Shown here in pieces: positions 1 through 20,367 of a DNA stretch of 64,000 nt (position 1 is its first letter; each line of letters starts with the position of its first letter). The stretch lies in assembly GCF_009914755.1 (NCBI RefSeq), contig NC_060933.1; one strand, 5' to 3'. The position numbers and the translations under genes are program-made. The notes below the pieces were generated by a model that was not told the origin of the DNA, did no database searches, and saw nothing but the letters and a program-made list of their open reading frames with translations. This DNA is from the human T2T-CHM13v2.0 reference genome, Homo sapiens.

Positions 1-152
<152 letters not shown>

Positions 153-479
153 CTGACTCTGACTTCCAATCTTTGTCGATGCATCAAAATTTTCATTTGA
201 ATTATTGTAAGAGCCTCCTAAGTGGACTTCTTGTTTCTAGTATAGCGTCCCTAGGAACTATTCTCCTACCAAGGCCTAAGTGATGTTTCTAAAAAGCAGA
301 ACCAATCATGTTACTTCTTTAAGGATTGAGTATAAATTCCTTAGCATGGCAGTCTCCAGTGGAATTTCTACAGGGAAGAGAAGATATTTTAAAAGATGTG
401 TTCATACTGTTTCAAGTTTCTCAGTGAAATTCAAAAGGATACTGCATTAGTCAACAAGTGCAGGTTATGGGGAAATGAA

Positions 480-2050
480 GCAATCCTAGAATATGAGGAG
501 CCTCAGCTATGAAAAACTTAATTGCTAATCTAGAAACTGATGCTGCTGCAAGTCATGTAATTCAATTGGAGGACCAGATTAAGAAAGTACAGAATTCAGA
601 GGAAAAAGTACAAAAGATGTAATTATGAGAGCAAAGAGAGCATACAAGAATAGTCCTAAGGGAAACAGAATGAACATATACCATTCCTCATGAAGAAAAC
701 AGAATAGATGAAAAAAATAATTAAATAGAAGAAGAAAACTGTTCTTCATCTGAAGAAAAACGTTGGTCTTCAGATTATAATGGCTAACTAAGTTGCAGGC
801 AGGATTAAACAAAGACAGATATAGACATTTCCTGGTGATATTTCTAAACTCAAAGAATAACAAGAAATGCTTATAAGCACCTAAAAGAAAAGTCTAATTA
901 CCTACAAAGGAAAGAGAATCAGATTGGCTTTGAATGTCTCATCTGCAACCCTAAATAGAAATTGAAAAAGTAGAGCAATTTTATAGAGCTCTGAGAGAAA
1001 GGGATTGGGTCCTTTGAATTTTTTTTTTTAATTTAGAGACAAGGTCTCACAACATTGCCCAGACTGGTCTTGAACTTCTGAGCTCAAGGGATCCTCTTGC
1101 CTCAGCCAGAATTCTGAGAAGCTGAGATTATAGGCACACAGCACTGCACCTGGCAGGTCCTTTGAATTCTATATGCATCAAAATTAAAAGGCATTTTCAG
1201 ATGTCATAACCAAAAAGTTTTAATGATAATGAGATTTTTATTATTTATTAGATTATTGAATAAAAATCTAGGATGTAGGGTAGAATATGGGGAAAAAATA
1301 TACTGTTTGAAGTTCATATACATGTATATGTTTATTTTGGAATATAAAATATGTATATGAATAGTAGCAGGATATAAATAAAACAGATTTTAAATAATTG
1401 GTAAAAAGGTAAACACTAGCAGAATGTAAATAAAACTTAGGTTCTCAGTAATTAGAGAAAAAAGAACAAAGAAAATATCACAGAAAGAAATAACCAATAA
1501 ATGGAAAACAAAGTAAGATAATATAAATATGACCAAACATTCCAGTTATGACAATTAATAAGAATGACTTAAATTTAACTATTACAACACAGACTTTCAG
1601 ATGGGTGAAAAATGCAAATAGCTGCATTTTACAGAAACACACATAAAATGGACAGAAAGGTTGAATATAAAAGAATAGGTTTAAGCGCAAGTCCTATCAA
1701 ACTTACGGGATAAAAGCCCCTTGTGATTTAATAGGATATTTGAAATTGGAATATTTAGAAATAATCCTAATTCATTTTGTAATTTTAGCACAATCCAAGC
1801 CTAGCTAAATTCCAGAACAAAAAGTAAACTTTAAACCAAACTCACTTGTGACTATAGATGCAAAAATTCTATTTTAAATGTTATCAAGTCAATTCCAAAG
1901 GTATAAGCCCATAATATACCATACATACGTAAAGCTTATTCTGCAAATGTCAGAATGGTTCGACATTGGAAAACTAATGTAATTCATTCACTGAAAAGTG
2001 AACCTGATAAATGCCGCAATGGCATTTGATAAAATTTAATATCTATTCCT
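480..2050 (+). mobile_element. Ancient L1 (L1M) ORF1/ORF2 remnants with a FLAM/Alu monomer at ~1020-1155
   Basis: A-rich. ACCTACAAAGGAAAGAGAATCAGATTGGC resembles L1 ORF1, followed by degenerate ORF2-start-like sequence. Confidence 0.55.
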
Positions 2051-2834
2051 ATTTATTTACTTACTTAAACAAATTATTCTACAACTTCTATGGTAGCCTC
2101 ACATTTGTATTCCAAGCTTCTATTAGCACTGGAGACCAGTCCAAACCCTTGGCCGTTGGTTGTAACCCTGTACTCATCTGTACTCCATCTAACTTGTCCC
2201 CTAGGACCTAGGTCCTGAATCCTGCATCCCAGCCTTGGGCAAAGGATCAGTTGAGCCAGATCACCTTCCCACTATGTAATAACAAATCCATACTGTGTCT
2301 GAGTTGTTGCCTACTCTATACACCCACCGTCAGATTGGATCCCTTGAGCAGACATCTGCTTAAATCAGAGCCAATGTTTCCTTGTCTTAGGTACCTCCCA
2401 GGAGTTAGTTCCCAAGCCATGGCCCCACTGCTCTGGGCTGAATGCCCATTTCCTTCTAGTACAACAGCCTTGGCAGTGGGGCCACGTGGGTGATGACTCT
2501 TAGCTGGCTCATCTCAAGTCCCTTCTTCTATTGCTAAGGACAATCATGAAGAAAGAAGATTAAGCTGTAGCGATAGAATGTTCAGTAAAAAATATGAAAA
2601 TGATAAATGCCGATAAACTCACTACTCTAGACAGAGGCCATTTCTGACTTGATTATCTGCAATGTTATCAAATAACAATGTTCAGCTTATCTTTGGTATA
2701 GTTTTCCCCATTCCTCCAATTTCTCAATCTCCAACTTCTAAAGAAGACAACTAGACTATAAACTCCCTGAGGCCAAGGAAGATTTGCTGTGTTCACTGTT
2801 GCATTCCCAATGGGTTTTGAATAAAGGCTTGTTA

Positions 2835-2984
<150 letters not shown>

Positions 2985-3635
2985 TTAAGGATATATGAAT
3001 AGAGTTGTTTCTTTCCTCTATAACTCATTTATATATATCTTGAAAGCCTTCTCAGTGGCCCAGTGCCATGGGTCCAAGTAAAAGACAAAAATATGGAAAT
3101 AAATATTGCCAGCCACTGTTGCTTTACTTCCTCCATCTCTACTGTCAGATAGGAATAAAGGTGATGTGAACTAGGGAGGGAAGGGAGAGTTGGCTAGAAA
3201 GGGGCTGTATCCTGTCCATTCACAGGCCAAATTTCAGGGGCAAAAGATGGAATATCTTTCTCAAACTTTGGGGATTCAAGAAGAGAGAGCTGTGCCTCAT
3301 TCCCATATAAGTTCTATGTAGATGATGAGCTTCATGGGAGAAGCCCCCATGTTATCATGGCGACATAGCCACAGAGTAGCTACAATGCTGTGATATTAGG
3401 CATGAGAGGGTCACAGGGAGCATCTGGAGCTTTCCATGGCTCCAAAGTGGTATGGAAGACCTTCTGAAACTTCCCCGTATTACCCCAAGTAAGATGTCAA
3501 AGTTAGCTTGCAGGAAAAGAGCTACTGGACCTACCAAGATGCAGCACTGGCAGTACTGATGGGGACTGGGTGAAGACACCACCGCATCTCATTGGATTGC
3601 GAGTTTGGAAGGTGATATGATTGAAGACTTTCTTC

Positions 3636-4879
3636 ACAACCAAAGTTTCCTCGTGTCTCCCTTCACCTCTTCTCCCCTACACCTGGCTCACAGTCCAGAG
3701 GGAATGACAGGTAACAGAGGAGAATAGAGAGGAAGAGCTCTCATCCGTAGAGGGTACAGGGGGGGCAGGAAAGACCAAGAAGTGCTGGAATTGTTTAGTG
3801 CCCACTAATTGAATGTAAGAAGGTATTAAGCATCCTCTACTTTCACAATGATGTCCTTGGCAGTGGCAATTTTGAGGAGTTCAAATTCTGAGTGAAATAT
3901 GAATTTGGGGTACATAGGAGTTGTTTTTGTTTAGAGGTGACCATTTGGCACTGTATATATATTTCCATTTCATTCCTCAGAAGACCTTCAAAGTTGTAAA
4001 AAAGGAAAGGGAAGGAAGGGTGGGAAGAAGGAAAGGGGGAAAGGATCTCAAAACTTAGAGAAAGGAAGTAACTTTGAGCAGGAGACCAGCTTAAGACCAG
4101 TATAGATCAAGATCAAGAAGTTGTTGTTGTCCCCCTTCTACTGACACTGAACTTGTATTATCCCTTGGAGCTTTGCAACAACCGCAGGGAGAAGAAAAAA
4201 GAAATCCTGAGTTTTAAATTTGAAATGATGTGAGAAATCACTGAATTTAACTGAGGTTTTCTCTTATTACACTAGCCAAAAGGAGGGCTTGAGGTAGAAA
4301 TGAAGTTCAGTAGTGGAAAATGTTAAGCTATATTTTTGCAGACCTGAATCTCAGCCAATAAAATCCAGACCCATTATAGTGATTGTTAAGCCACTTGCAG
4401 AATTTCAGACAAATTCATGTAAAGTTATTTCTGCATTAAAAAAAAAAACTACATGTTGACATTACTTAGCTTACACAGCCTCTGACTATATTTGGGGCCC
4501 ATGAGAGGCTGGCATTGAATAGAAGGCAGTGAGAGGCACAGGCAGCATTTTTTTCTAAGAATCCAAATATCTAACATGCATTCCTTAGTGGCTTGGATCA
4601 GATGAATAAGAAATATACATAAGTGAATAAATTATCTTCTCTTTCAGGAGTCAGGATCTCCTAATATATTACAAATTACCTTCTCAACAACCAAAGTTTC
4701 CTCATGTCTACCTTCACCTCTCCTACCCCACACCTGGCTCACAGTGCAGAGGGAAGGATGAGCAGGATAACGAAGGAGGAGGAAGAGCTCTCACCCATAG
4801 AGGGTACAGGGCAGGCAGGAAAGAATAAGAAGTGCTGGAATTATTTAGTGTCCACTAATTGAATGTAAGAAGGTGTTAA
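3636..4879 (+). repeat. ~190-bp diverged direct duplication (3636-3829 and 4687-4879)
   Basis: Shared ACAACCAAAGTTTCCTC...CCACTAATTGAATGTAAGAAGGT with scattered substitutions and indels. Confidence 0.85.
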
Positions 4880-4930
4880 TTTTAGTAAACATTAATTACT
4901 AAAATGTTTATTCATGCCGGGCATGGTGGG

Positions 4931-5240
4931 TCTAACTGAAATTTTGTATCCTTTGACCAACATCTCCCCAACCCTTCAGCCTCCCGGCCCCTGATAACTA
5001 TCATTCTACTCTCTAATTCTATGAGTTCAACTTTGTTAGATTCCACACTGAAGTGAAATAATGTGGTATTTGCCTTTCTGTGCCTGGCTTATTTCACTTA
5101 ACATAAAGTCCTCCAATGTTGTCACAAATGACAAGATTTTCTTCTTTTTTAAGGCTGGATAGTATTCTGCTATGTATATAGACCACGTTTTCTTTATCCA
5201 TTCACCCATTGATGGACACTTAGGTTGATCTGCCATCTTG
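4931..5240 (-). mobile_element. L1 3' fragment (ORF2 C-terminus/3'UTR)
   Basis: ORF 5036-5236 (QPKCPSMGEWIKKTWSIYIAEYY...LSEISQAQKGKYHIISLQCG) matches the L1 ORF2 C-terminal motif. Confidence 0.85.
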
Positions 5241-5377
5241 GTCCTGCCCTCTTCTCTGATCAGCCCCTGAGCCTATCATGCATCAAATATCTTCCTGTTG
5301 ACCAAGTTCTGAACAAACCATTTTGGAAAATCAGAGTGTCAGACATTCAAACAAATGGAATATATCCATGAAACTCA

Positions 5378-5563
<186 letters not shown>

Positions 5564-6163
5564 TTAAGGCATTAAGGCATGTGACATGTCTTCCCTTTCA
5601 AGGGAGTCAGGATACTGTGTGGTTAGTGTTGACAAAAGTGCACTGAGGTTGATATTCCACAACTGATAGTCCACCACCCCTCTCCATCTTAATTCTTAGC
5701 CATCGGCATAGGGGTCATCAGAGAACTCTCAACTGGCCCAGCCACTTGAGGAAGGAGTGGCTCATGGGGTGAGGAGCGCCTGTTCTCACCCACATCTCTT
5801 CCTTTTAAGCAAGAGGCCTCTGTCCTGTGGCTCAAGGTGACCTGGACACTAGCCTTCTCTTCTTCAGGTGTCGCTCTCTTTCCCTTAGCCTTCCACTTTC
5901 CAGAATCGTTGAGATTTTCCTCTCTACTGTCCCTTTCACTCAAAATATAAGCATGCTCAACTCTGCCATCTTATAATCCCATCCCTCCCCTAGCTCCTTG
6001 CCCCTTCGTCTTCCTTTTTCAGCCAAACTTCTTCACTTCCCATTCATGTGCTAACCCGCTGCAACCTGCCTTCCACCCCTACTACTCCACTAAGGTCACA
6101 ACAACCTCCTGAGCACAAAATCCAGTGGATATTCCTTAATCATTGTCTGATTTTACTTTTCCA

Positions 6164-6201
<38 letters not shown>

Positions 6202-6206
6202 GCATA

Positions 6207-11080
<4,874 letters not shown>

Positions 11081-11172
11081 TAACAATAGTTGTCTTTAAG
11101 GTTCAGATGACAGGGGAACTTTCAGTTTCTAAGATAAAAATTTTGTTTTATTTGAATTTTTACAATAATCAT

Positions 11173-12046
11173 TGTAGGCAGACCCCCTGAAACTATTGCT
11201 ACGGAATAAAAGATGAAATGCTCCTGATTATTGTGAATACAAAGTTGCATGCAGGATTGTGTAAAGACAATGCCAGGTTGGACTGCCAGAATGAGCCAAC
11301 AGCGTGTGATGTGCTTCCCCCTGCAGAGAGCCTATGACCAGACATGCAGTCAGGGAGGTTTCACATCACCAAGATTCCTATGCCAGAAATGCAGATTTTC
11401 ATAGCTCTGGGAATGGAATGCAACCCTTGTGGAGAGCCTATAAATGGACGCATGTGGGGGCACCTGTCCATATGGATAAGATAGGGCTGTAAATGCCCTC
11501 ATCTTGCCACAGCTCTTCTAGCCCTCTTTACGGTTAAGGCATACTCCCTTCTGAGAATTTCTGGTCTAACTGATTGTCTAGCTTCACCTCCTGTTTCTAT
11601 GGATTGTTTGTAACCAGCTTTTGCTGCAACTGTTACTGCTGATTAATATCTTGCTAATCATAGGTTATGGAAAGACTGTGTTTCTGTTTTAAGGCTCTGT
11701 TAGAAATTACTGATGCACACACTATATTGTAAATTCTTATCTCTGTATACTGTACTTCTGCATACAGATGTATGTTAAAGAATTACTTCATCCCCATGTG
11801 ACCATCTCACCTCATAATCAAATGACCCTAAATCCCTCACTAACCTACCCCCGCCCTCACTAAACTTAATAATAAATGCGGGTATATTCAGTGCTTTGGT
11901 GGCACCACGGAACCAGAAGGCGGTGACGCCCCTGGACCCAGCTTTCACTATCTTGTGTGTGTCTATTATTTCTCAACCTGCCGATCCACCTGGGAACAAA
12001 GAGAGAACCCTGTTGCATTGTGGGCTGCTGGCCAGATCCCGCAATA
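11173..12046 (+). mobile_element. HERV-K-group solo LTR (probably MER11D / HML-7) in PTGR1 intron 4, antisense to the gene
   Basis: 874 bp, TGTAGG...GCAATA termini, exact 6-bp TSD AATCAT (11167-11172, 12047-12052), AATAAA at 11871-11876. Family name from recall of the consensus. Confidence 0.8.
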
Positions 12047-12313
12047 AATCATGACCTGGACAAATACTTTTTTTTTTTTAGTAATTAAAAGTAAGGATGG
12101 CAAAGTGAAGCTGAAAAAATGACAATTTCACATCCTTCCCTCCTTTCCAGCTAGTTAGGAAGGAGACAGAATTTCCCAAGTTGATTCCAAGATCACACAG
12201 TGAGTCAACAACATAGGCTGAAGAAATTGTAGGAGCAATGGACAGAGACAGGACCCAGCAGGAGGTAAAGAGGAGACATATTTTCCAAGCACTGGGACAA
12301 ATGGAAATAATTA

Positions 12314-12550
<237 letters not shown>

Positions 12551-13597
12551 TTAGAGGAAGTTCTGCTCTGTGACCTCAGATAAGCACTCTGATTGGATTT
12601 TTTTATGAGTGAACACAAAAGTCTTACTGCCATGTTCAAGTAAAGATGAATTTCTACCAATGACTTTAAAAATAGAACCCAGGCACCACTGGGTAGTTAT
12701 TACCCAAAACACTAGCTACGCAAAAAGATGCCAATTAACATTTTTAAACTGTATTTTCCACTTAAGATTTGAATCTTTATCAATCAGCTATGAAAAAAAT
12801 GTAAAAGAATGATGGCTATGTTATTTACCGAGGCAAAAAAATACTGAGGACTTAGTAGTCAATAAAGGCTTTTGATTTCCTCCCCTCCCTGAGTTGTCTG
12901 CTGAGTATATAAGTTTGAGTCAACCACAGATTCACCTACATTAAAAGAATACAGGTAAATGGAAGGCCAGAAAAACTGATTTTAGTCTTAGCATCTTCCT
13001 CTATCCAAATTACTTGCCAGTAGTGAAATGCACAAATTGGGGTTTGGCTTCTTTTTTCTTTATGAGACGGGGTCTTGCTCTGTTACCTAGGCTGGAGTGC
13101 GGTGGCAAGATCTTGGCTCGCTGCAACCTCTGCCTCCCTGCAACCTCTGCCTCCCAGGCTCAAGTGATCTTTCTGCCTCACCCTTCTGAGCAGCTGGGAC
13201 CACAGGCCTGCGCCACCAGGCCTGGCTACTTTTTTTGTATTTTTAGTAGAGACAGGGCTTTGCCATGTTGCCCAGGCTTTATTTTTTTCTTTTAAGTTTT
13301 TTTTTTCCTTCTTTTTTTTTTTTTTTCTGGAAGTAATTCTGTTGAGCAGTGAAAGGCAAATTGTGCAGAGCAGATAGGAGATGGTTGGGACAAAGGGACT
13401 GAGGTGATCCCTCACTAAGCTACTTAGACCTTTGCCTGCAAAAGACGAGCGTGCATGAATCTCATCACTGATACTGGCTGGGAGAAACAGAAGGAAAGTG
13501 ACAATGTTTTAAGTCAGTTGGATATTTTAGAAGATGAACTACTTCCAGATAGCATTTAACACAGCATTAGCATTTTGAGGGGCGAAATAAATAATAC

Positions 13598-13643
13598 CTC
13601 ATGTAGGGATCCACGGTGAGGAACAAAGCTTCAAGCAGGACCT
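13598..13643 (-). CDS. PTGR1: PTGR1 exon 3
   Basis: 46 nt encoding (E)VLLEALFLTVDPYM(R). TTTGTAG acceptor, GTATTA donor; phase matches exon 2. Confidence 0.96.
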
Positions 13644-14137
13644 CTACAAAATAAAGCATTCCATAGGCAATTAGAAACTCAAGGCCTGAGAGGAACAATA
13701 GACACTGAGCACCACTAGACAGGAGGGGTGAGACAGGGACAAGGGTTGAGAAACTACCCATGAGGTACCATGCTCACTGCCTGGGTGACAGGATCATTCG
13801 TACACCAAACCTCAGCCACATGCAATTTACCCATATAACAAGCCTGCATATGTACCCCTAAAACTAACATAAATGTTGAAGAAAAAAACGGAACTCAAGG
13901 CCTGATGCCTTCGTTTTTGGCATTCTTTTTTTTTTTTTTTTTTTTTGAGAGGGAGTCTCGCTCTGTCACCCAGGCTGGAGTGCAGTGGCGTGATCTTGGC
14001 TCACTGGAAGCTCCGCCTCCTGGGTTCATGCCATTCTCCTGCCTCAGCCTCCTGAGTAGCTGGGACTACAGCCGCCTGCCTCACAACGCCCAGCTAATTT
14101 TTTGTATTTTTAGTAGAGACGGGTTTCACCGTGTTAG

Positions 14138-14356
<219 letters not shown>

Positions 14357-14359
14357 TGA

Positions 14360-14560
<201 letters not shown>

Positions 14561-15000
14561 TAATACTTCTGCTTCAGGAATGTCTTCCCATCTGTGCTTC
14601 TATCGCAGAGACAAGAAGGGGTTCTCATTTTTGGCCCAGCCCAGTTAATAATAATAATAATAATGGTAATGCTATTTACTCAGCACTCATTCCATGCTTT
14701 ACACGAATTATGTCATTTGATATTCAACAAATATTGCTTCCATTTTAGGTTAGGCTTAGTTACTTGCCCAAGGCCACATTTAAACCATTATGTTACAGTG
14801 CTCACCATATGGCTTCATCGCCAGCCCCAGTTGGTGTGAGAGAACATGCATTTTGCTGGAGTGACTCTCATGTATTCATTCTTTGGAATTTTGAATTTGA
14901 GTCATGGCCATCATAGCTTAGATGGGACTGATCACTTTGTCATGCTACTTGATTGCGTCCCCTTTTCTCAAATGCTTACCTACCTGTAAACACTCCTTAG

Positions 15001-15216
<216 letters not shown>

Positions 15217-15519
15217 TAGCCAGGATGGTCTCGATCTCCTGACCTTGTGATCTGCCTGCCTCAGCCTCCCAAAGTTCTGGGATTACAGGTGTGAGCCGCC
15301 ACACCCAGCCGAGACTCATCTTATAGTCTGAACTCTTCGTATAGCTACTGGGCAGTGCTTACCTCACTGCCATCATCAGGCTTATGAGGATAGAGAGGAC
15401 ATCCTCCCCATAGTCTGGTCAAAGCCATGAAGAGTAATGCACTCAAGCATGAATTTCAGTTATCAATGAAAGCAGGGGAATCCTGCCATGTGACATCGAG
15501 GATTCACACTGAGAACCCT

Positions 15520-16657
<1,138 letters not shown>

Positions 16658-16685
16658 AGTCCCTTCCAACTCTGAAATATTTTTA

Positions 16686-16859
<174 letters not shown>

Positions 16860-16949
16860 CTAACAGTTCTCTAGCCGTCAAACTGAGACCAGACAGCACA
16901 ATTACAATATCCTCAAATCCCATCATTATCATATCATGCCAACCACATT

Positions 16950-17095
16950 CATTTAACATTTACTATGTTTCTGGTGCTGTGCTAAGCACTTCATATAGAT
17001 TACCTCATTTTATCCTTATAACTTCCCTATAAGATAGACATTAGTATCATTGCCAGTGTACGGATGAGGAAACTGAGGTTTAAAGAAATCTTCAA
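16950..17095. mobile_element. MIR fragment
   Basis: GATGAGGAAACTGAGG MIR core; similar MIR pieces at ~19770-19940, ~23080-23200 and ~51600-51750. Confidence 0.6.
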
Positions 17096-17875
17096 GACAA
17101 GGAAAAAATATAAAACAACAAAGAAATTCTTCCCAGCCACTGCTAGGCTAGAGTTTCTCTACGGCACTGAACAGTTACCGGAAGTGCGAATATTCCATTC
17201 CGTTTCTCATCTCACATGGAGTGAATTCTAAGAAAAAGCATCAAACACAAAGAACCCAATAGATAGAAGTCCATGCACCTCTTTCAGATGGAAACAGCCA
17301 GGCATTTCAAGGCAGTCTCAGAACTCCTGAAAACCACCGGAGGGCGCCGCTGCTCCGCCCCATTTTCAGGTGCGTTTTTTTTTTTTAAATACTTTTTTTT
17401 CTCTCTTTTCTTGTAGAGAGGAGCCTCACTGTGTTGCCTAGGCGATCCGCCCGCCTCGGTCTCCCAAAGTGCTGGGATTACAGGTGTGAACCACTTGCAC
17501 TCAGCCATCGGGTGCGAATTTTCTTTGGCCCAGTAGGGATTTGAGTTTAAACTCCACACCAAACCGATTTTGAGCTGAAACGCTGCACCAAAGCAAGGGA
17601 AGATGATGAAGGCTGCCCCGAGCTGGGGGTTCAGGATGTTCTGCTTGGACTGAACTCTGCCGAATCACTTGGGACCTGCGCCTTCCCGCGGGTGCATCCG
17701 CTACAAACAATCCAGTTACGAAACCATTTGGAGCTGCCAGTGATCTCCCCAGCTCCCCTACCGGTGCCGCGGGAGGGGACACGGTGACCTGGAGGGAGCA
17801 CTCCCGCATTGCGAGGGAGCCAGGGGGGCGGTCTGATCTGCAGCCCGGGGTTGTTCCTTCTTTTCTTTTTTTTAA

Positions 17876-18109
<234 letters not shown>

Positions 18110-18449
18110 TGATTCGCCCGCCTCGACCTTCCATAGTGCTGGGATTACAGGCGTGAGCCACCGCGCCAGGCCCTACGTATCATTTTTACGGTGAGACATT
18201 TGCAGTTTACTCTGTTATTTCGAAATACACATTATTGGCTCTAGTCACTCTGCTGTGCAACAGATCTCAGAACCTACTCCTCTCGTCTCTGAACTTCGTA
18301 CCCTTTGGCCAACAAGCCCCCATTCCCCCCCGAACCCGCTCCCAGCCTCTGGCAACCATCATTCTAGTCGTTATTTCTATGAGTTCAACTTCTTTAGAGT
18401 TCACACATCTTTGTCCCTTTCCCCAAAAAAGCAACCGCTGGGCTTCCAA

Positions 18450-19560
18450 ACTCGCTACAAGTCCAGAAGCCCTCCTGGAAAGGGTCTGGCCGCAGAGGGG
18501 CCAGGTCCCGGGAAAGTCTCGCCCGCCCGAGGAGGGGGCCTGGCGCGGCGCCCGGCCTTTGCCCGCTCGCCCTTTGCTCCCACCCTCGCCTCCCGCCGCC
18601 CGCCGCCCGCTTGCCCATTCCCGAATCCCCACCCCGATCTTTCTTCTTCTACCCTCCCCCAGTTGTGCAGTCCAGCAAGTTCCCTGGCCAGCCCCCTCCC
18701 GGGTGCAGGAAGCTACCGGGTGTCCCGGGTTGTAACCAAGCTTTCCTATTCCCTCCGGCGCGCGGCTCCAAGCTCTCCAAGGAACTGCGGGGGCGGGAGG
18801 CGTCGGGACGTCGGCTCCCAAGATCCTCCGAGTGCAAGACCCAGCGGTCATTTCGACGTAAGGGGAGGAGGTCTAAGAGCAAACCTCCTCCACTGGGGCG
18901 TCTAGAAACTTGGCAGGAAGAAAGCAAGGGGGTTAGAGGAGGGAGAAAAGGGAAGGAAAGAAAGCAGGAGGTCTACTTACAGGAGCCCGAAGGTTCCACT
19001 GCCTGGGGAAGGCGGCTGGGACTGCGCAGCCGGGCGCCCGGGGTCCGACTTATGACAGGTCCCAAGAGAGGGTGGGGCCACCCCAGGGCGGGGCTGCTTC
19101 TTTAGGGTGAGAGCCCGGCCCCGAAAGGGTCACAGGAGGAAAACCAGGGTCCGGGAAATCTGAGTGCGTTTGTGTGTGTGTGTGCGCGTATCTCTGTGTG
19201 CCTATGTGCATGTGCGCGCGCGTATGTGTGCATGTGTGCGTGTGTGTGCGTGCGCGCCCGCGCGCCCGTGTGTGTGCGTGTAGGGGGTTAGGGACTCCTG
19301 ATAGGAAAATTCCTAACAGAGCTTTGTCCAGCTGACACTGGACCTCCGCCTGGGGTCCTAAGTTGGAGCCCGGCGGAAATATGCCCCGTGGGGGAACCAA
19401 CCGTGGCATCTGCCAAGCAGGCCGGAAGGGTCCAAAGGCAGGGCCTGGGGCGGCCGCAGCCCTAATAAGCCCCCGGTGCTGGCTCCGATCCCTGGGCTCC
19501 CCGTCAGCCCTGCCGCTTGCCCGCAGTGCAAGCTTTCGCCCAGGGCTGCGGTGCAGACAC
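18450..19560. promoter_or_regulatory. PTGR1 CpG island / promoter
   Basis: High GC and CpG density. GGGCGGGG (19086-19093), NF-kB-like GGAAAATTCC (19304-19313), alternating purine-pyrimidine tract 19164-19282. Confidence 0.85.
18981..19025 (-). other. PTGR1: PTGR1 non-coding exon 1 (5' boundary approximate)
   Basis: GTAAGT donor at 18975-18980 inside the CpG island. TATA-like CATAAG at 19049-19054 and GC box at 19086-19093 lie at the expected spacing upstream on the minus strand. Confidence 0.75.
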
Positions 19561-20124
19561 CCTGCCTGTCTGTCCCCAGTCCGCCTGCTGAACACCTACT
19601 CGCCTTCCACCAGCCAATTCAAGGTCACCTCTGTGAACCCTTGCCAGACTCCCCCAGGCAGGAGTGAGCACTCTTGCCACTGAGGCACCCCACCCATCAC
19701 ACCCTAGCAAACATCAGGCCTTGACCTGGCTTCTGCAAGGAGAGGTGGTCTCAGGCAGGGGTTGAACGTGAAGCTAAGTCGTTGGTATTAGACGACTGCA
19801 GGTTCGAAGCCTGCACCTGCCACTTACTAGTGGTGTAGCTTTCAAAGACTTACTTACCTTCTCCTTGCCTCACTCAGTTCAGCCATCTGCAAGATGGGGA
19901 TAAGAAGAATGCCTAACTTCCAGTCATTGTGAAGATTCAATGTCTTTAATTTATTTATTTAATTTTAATTATTTTGAGGTCTTGCTCTGTCACCCAGGCT
20001 GGAGTGCAATGGTGGGCATCATAGCTCATTGCAGCCTTGAACTCCTGGACTCAGGTGATCCTCCTTCAGCCTCCCTAGAAGCTGGGATTACAGGCCCACC
20101 ACCACACCTGGCTCAATGTCTCTC

Positions 20125-20367
20125 CTTGTAAGGATACCCGCCATATTGGATTAGAGCCCCACTTGTCAGCCTCCGTTTAACTTAAACACGTCTTTGAAGG
20201 CCTTGTCTTCAAATACTGTCAAATGGATTAGGGCTCACTAATATGGCCTCATGTAACCTTAATTACCTCTTTAAAGGCCCTATCTACAAATACAGTTACA
20301 TTCTGAGTACTGGGACTTGGGGATTTTAACACATGAAATTGGGGAAGACACAGTTCAGCCCATAACA
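20125..20367 (-). mobile_element. MLT1/MST LTR fragment
   Basis: CCCTATCTACAAATACAGTTACATTCTGAG...AGTTCAGCCCATAACA terminus. Confidence 0.6.

Noticed and set aside
18235-19710. Long overlapping ORFs (up to 216 aa) at the PTGR1 promoter
   Set aside because: Stop-poor CpG island with no recognisable domain; the real PTGR1 CDS starts at 16802.
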